From Aplysia californica (taxonomy: Eukaryota), in the NCBI RefSeq assembly GCF_000002075.1, contig NW_004797285.1, forward strand, positions 795,417 through 859,416: DNA of 64,000 nucleotides. Reading direction: 5' to 3'. The notes beneath the pieces were generated by a model. The model was not told where the DNA came from and ran no database searches. It was given only the letters and a program-made list of their open reading frames with translations. Of the stretch, positions 62,101-64,000 are shown piece by piece (the first letter of the stretch is position 1; every line of letters starts with the position of its first letter). A program made the position numbers and the translations under genes.

Positions 62101-63800
62101 GAGACTTTCCTGGAAGGAGAGTTTTCTGAGATTAGGACATCGGGCCAGGCATTTCCAGAACAGGCTGCAGAAGAAAGAGAAGCTGAGGATGTAGACACTG
62201 ATATGATGCTGCTGAAAAATATTAAGAGGAGCAAACGAAGGGCCAAGCAGAAGAAAAGAAAGATGACAATAGAATCTGATAATGAGGACGTTGAAGAAGC
62301 AGAAGATGCACCACTCAGCAATAATGCTGGGAGTGATATAGATGTTATGTCAAAGCCAGTAGCTACCCCGGCAACCATTCTGGAAAATGTTAAGGAGAAC
62401 AGAGGAAGGGCCAAACAAGGACAAGGAAGAAAGATGACGATAGAATCTGATAATGAGGACATTGAAACAGCTGGAGATACATCACTCAGTAATAATGCTG
62501 GGAGTGATACAGGTCCTATGTCAAAGCCAGTAGCATCCCCGGCAACCATTCTGAAAAATGTTAGGGAGAGCAGAGAAAGGGCCAAGCAGAAGAAAAGAAA
62601 GATGACAATAGAATCTGATGATGAGGATATTGAGGAAGCAGTAGATGCAACACTCAGTAAAGATGCTGAGAGTGTTGTTATTTCTAAGTCAGTAGCATCC
62701 CGGGCAACCATTCTGAAAAATGTTAATGAGACGAGAAGAAGGACCAAACAAGGACAAGGAAGAAAGATGACAATAGAATCTGATGATGAGGACATTGAAA
62801 CAGCTGGAGATACAACACTCAGTAATGATGCTGGGAGTGATACAGATGTTATGTCAAAGCCAGTAGCTACCCCGCCAACCATTCTGAAAAATGTTAATGA
62901 GAGAAGGGCCAAACAAGGGCAAGGAAGAAAGATAATAGAATCTGATGATGAGGATGTTGAAACAGCCGGAGATACAACACTCAGTAATGATGCTGGGAGT
63001 GATACAGATGTTATGTCAAAGCCAGTAGCGTCCCCGGCAACCATTCTGAAGAATAAGATTGAAGAAGTGGTTTACTCAGCGTATGGTGGCTGTGAGAAAG
63101 TAGAGGATGTAAGTATTGAGGTGATGTTTTAAAAAAATGTGTCCTTGTTAAGTGTGACTGTCCCACGTGCTTAATGAATTATGTGAGAGCTGTGTGGGTT
63201 TTCTTCATTTTGGTCTTTTGTTTAAGTTCTATTTTCCTTTGTAAGGTGTCAATGGGCAGCATGACTTGCTCACTAGGAGAAGAGTGTTAATATATGATTT
63301 GTTTGGAAGTACTCAGATACAGAGAATGGAATGCAATATGTGTGAAGATCAATTTGATGGAAGAAAAAGTAAGTTAAAAGAGGCTTTATTTTTTCATCAT
63401 AGATGGGTTTTATTTTTGGTTGTAAAAAGCAAATGCTAAACTCAGTTGAAAATTAGTAAAAGTGTTTGTTTTTTTATTATTTTTTTTTTAATTTGTGCAA
63501 TTGTCAAACTTTAGTGCCCCTTTCACCACTGTAAGGTTATTATTTCTACAGGAAGAGGGCATTTTTCTTTTGATATTTCAGAAATCTGTAGGTCCTGGTG
63601 TGACTGAGATCCCGGACTCATCTTCTGAAAATGAAGCATCATGTGCCAGTGGACAATTCCTTCTTGACGACCAGGAGACACAGGCACCAGATGACTTTGG
63701 CTTAACTAGAGAGACAGACATGGACTCTGATGATATGAACTTGGCTGGGGATGTAGACGACAAAAGAGGCTGCTCTGGTCAAGACCAGGACACAACCTTG
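56159..63800 (+). CDS. Unidentified, probably nuclear and largely disordered protein with a UIM-like motif and 5 tandem repeats; 5' part only, continues beyond the window
   Basis: Phase-consistent GT-AG exons 56159-56282 (ATG at first base), 59765-59826, 60776-60841, 61690-63108 and 63582-63800, giving 630 codons with no stop. EEERKGIMKAILES forms across the exon 2/3 junction. Confidence 0.75.
59195..59350 (-). mobile_element. R3 SINE fragment (head side)
   Basis: GCAGAAAGTGGAGACGAAAGC...GAAAATTTTAGAAAA homology. Confidence 0.6.
59458..59640 (+). mobile_element. R1 copy
   Basis: Reverse complement of the 40383-40555 type. Confidence 0.8.
60330..60436 (-). mobile_element. hAT-like element end related to the 54809 terminus
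   Basis: Reverse complement TAAGGTGGGGCAGGTACTGG with repeated GTAC/CCAGTAC subterminal motifs. Confidence 0.45.
61690..63108 (+). CDS. Large exon of the unidentified gene (charged, repeat-containing)
   Basis: Lies within the 501-aa ORF; aaaaag acceptor (weak) and gtaagt donor at 63109. Confidence 0.85.
62212..63054 (+). repeat. Coding tandem repeat, 5 units of 162-171 nt
   Basis: Unit starts at 62212, 62380, 62551, 62713, 62884, plus a stub at 63046; all lengths are multiples of 3. Confidence 0.95.
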
Positions 63801-64000
63801 GTATGGTGTTGCTCATCTATTGCCCAGCTCCTTTCCATTTAGTTGAGAACTGTAGGCAATAGGGGGATGTCAATTTCAGGGAGCAATGATCTATTGAATA
63901 TTTAAAATATGTAAAATTATTGTGTAAGATTGGTTTGAATTGTCAATATTACAACATGTGATATTCAGTTGTATAATCTGAAAGATTCATAAGTTTTTGG

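Noticed and set aside
61845-63044. 399-aa minus-strand ORF
   Set aside because: It is the antisense shadow of the repetitive + strand exon, with no independent splice or motif support.

Overview
This is AT-rich, intron-rich animal genomic DNA from a gapped draft scaffold; a mollusc is my guess from the SINE and repeat style. It contains three protein-coding genes. (1) A + strand clan-3 (CYP3/CYP5-like) cytochrome P450 at 960-14305 with 11 visible exons. Exon 1 and the I/K-helix exons are not visible. Its last exon continues ~270 aa past the normal P450 C-terminus as an acidic, low-complexity tail in which every Arg-Arg cluster is an RRxS (PKA-type) site. This is the most unusual item in the window. 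(2) A complete - strand TBC1D14/TBC1D12-family Rab-GAP (12 coding exons, 856 aa, 45754-29296) with a probably very long 3' UTR. (3) The 5' part of an unidentified + strand gene from 56159, with a UIM-like motif and five 54-57 aa basic/acidic repeats. Between genes 2 and 3 lies a three-level nest of related Mutator-like elements with palindromic subterminal arrays, plus a hAT remnant. Several SINE-like families sharing a co-varying 3' hairpin, a ~430-bp MITE family and many microsatellites are dispersed through the window. All gene models were read by eye and no database searches were run.
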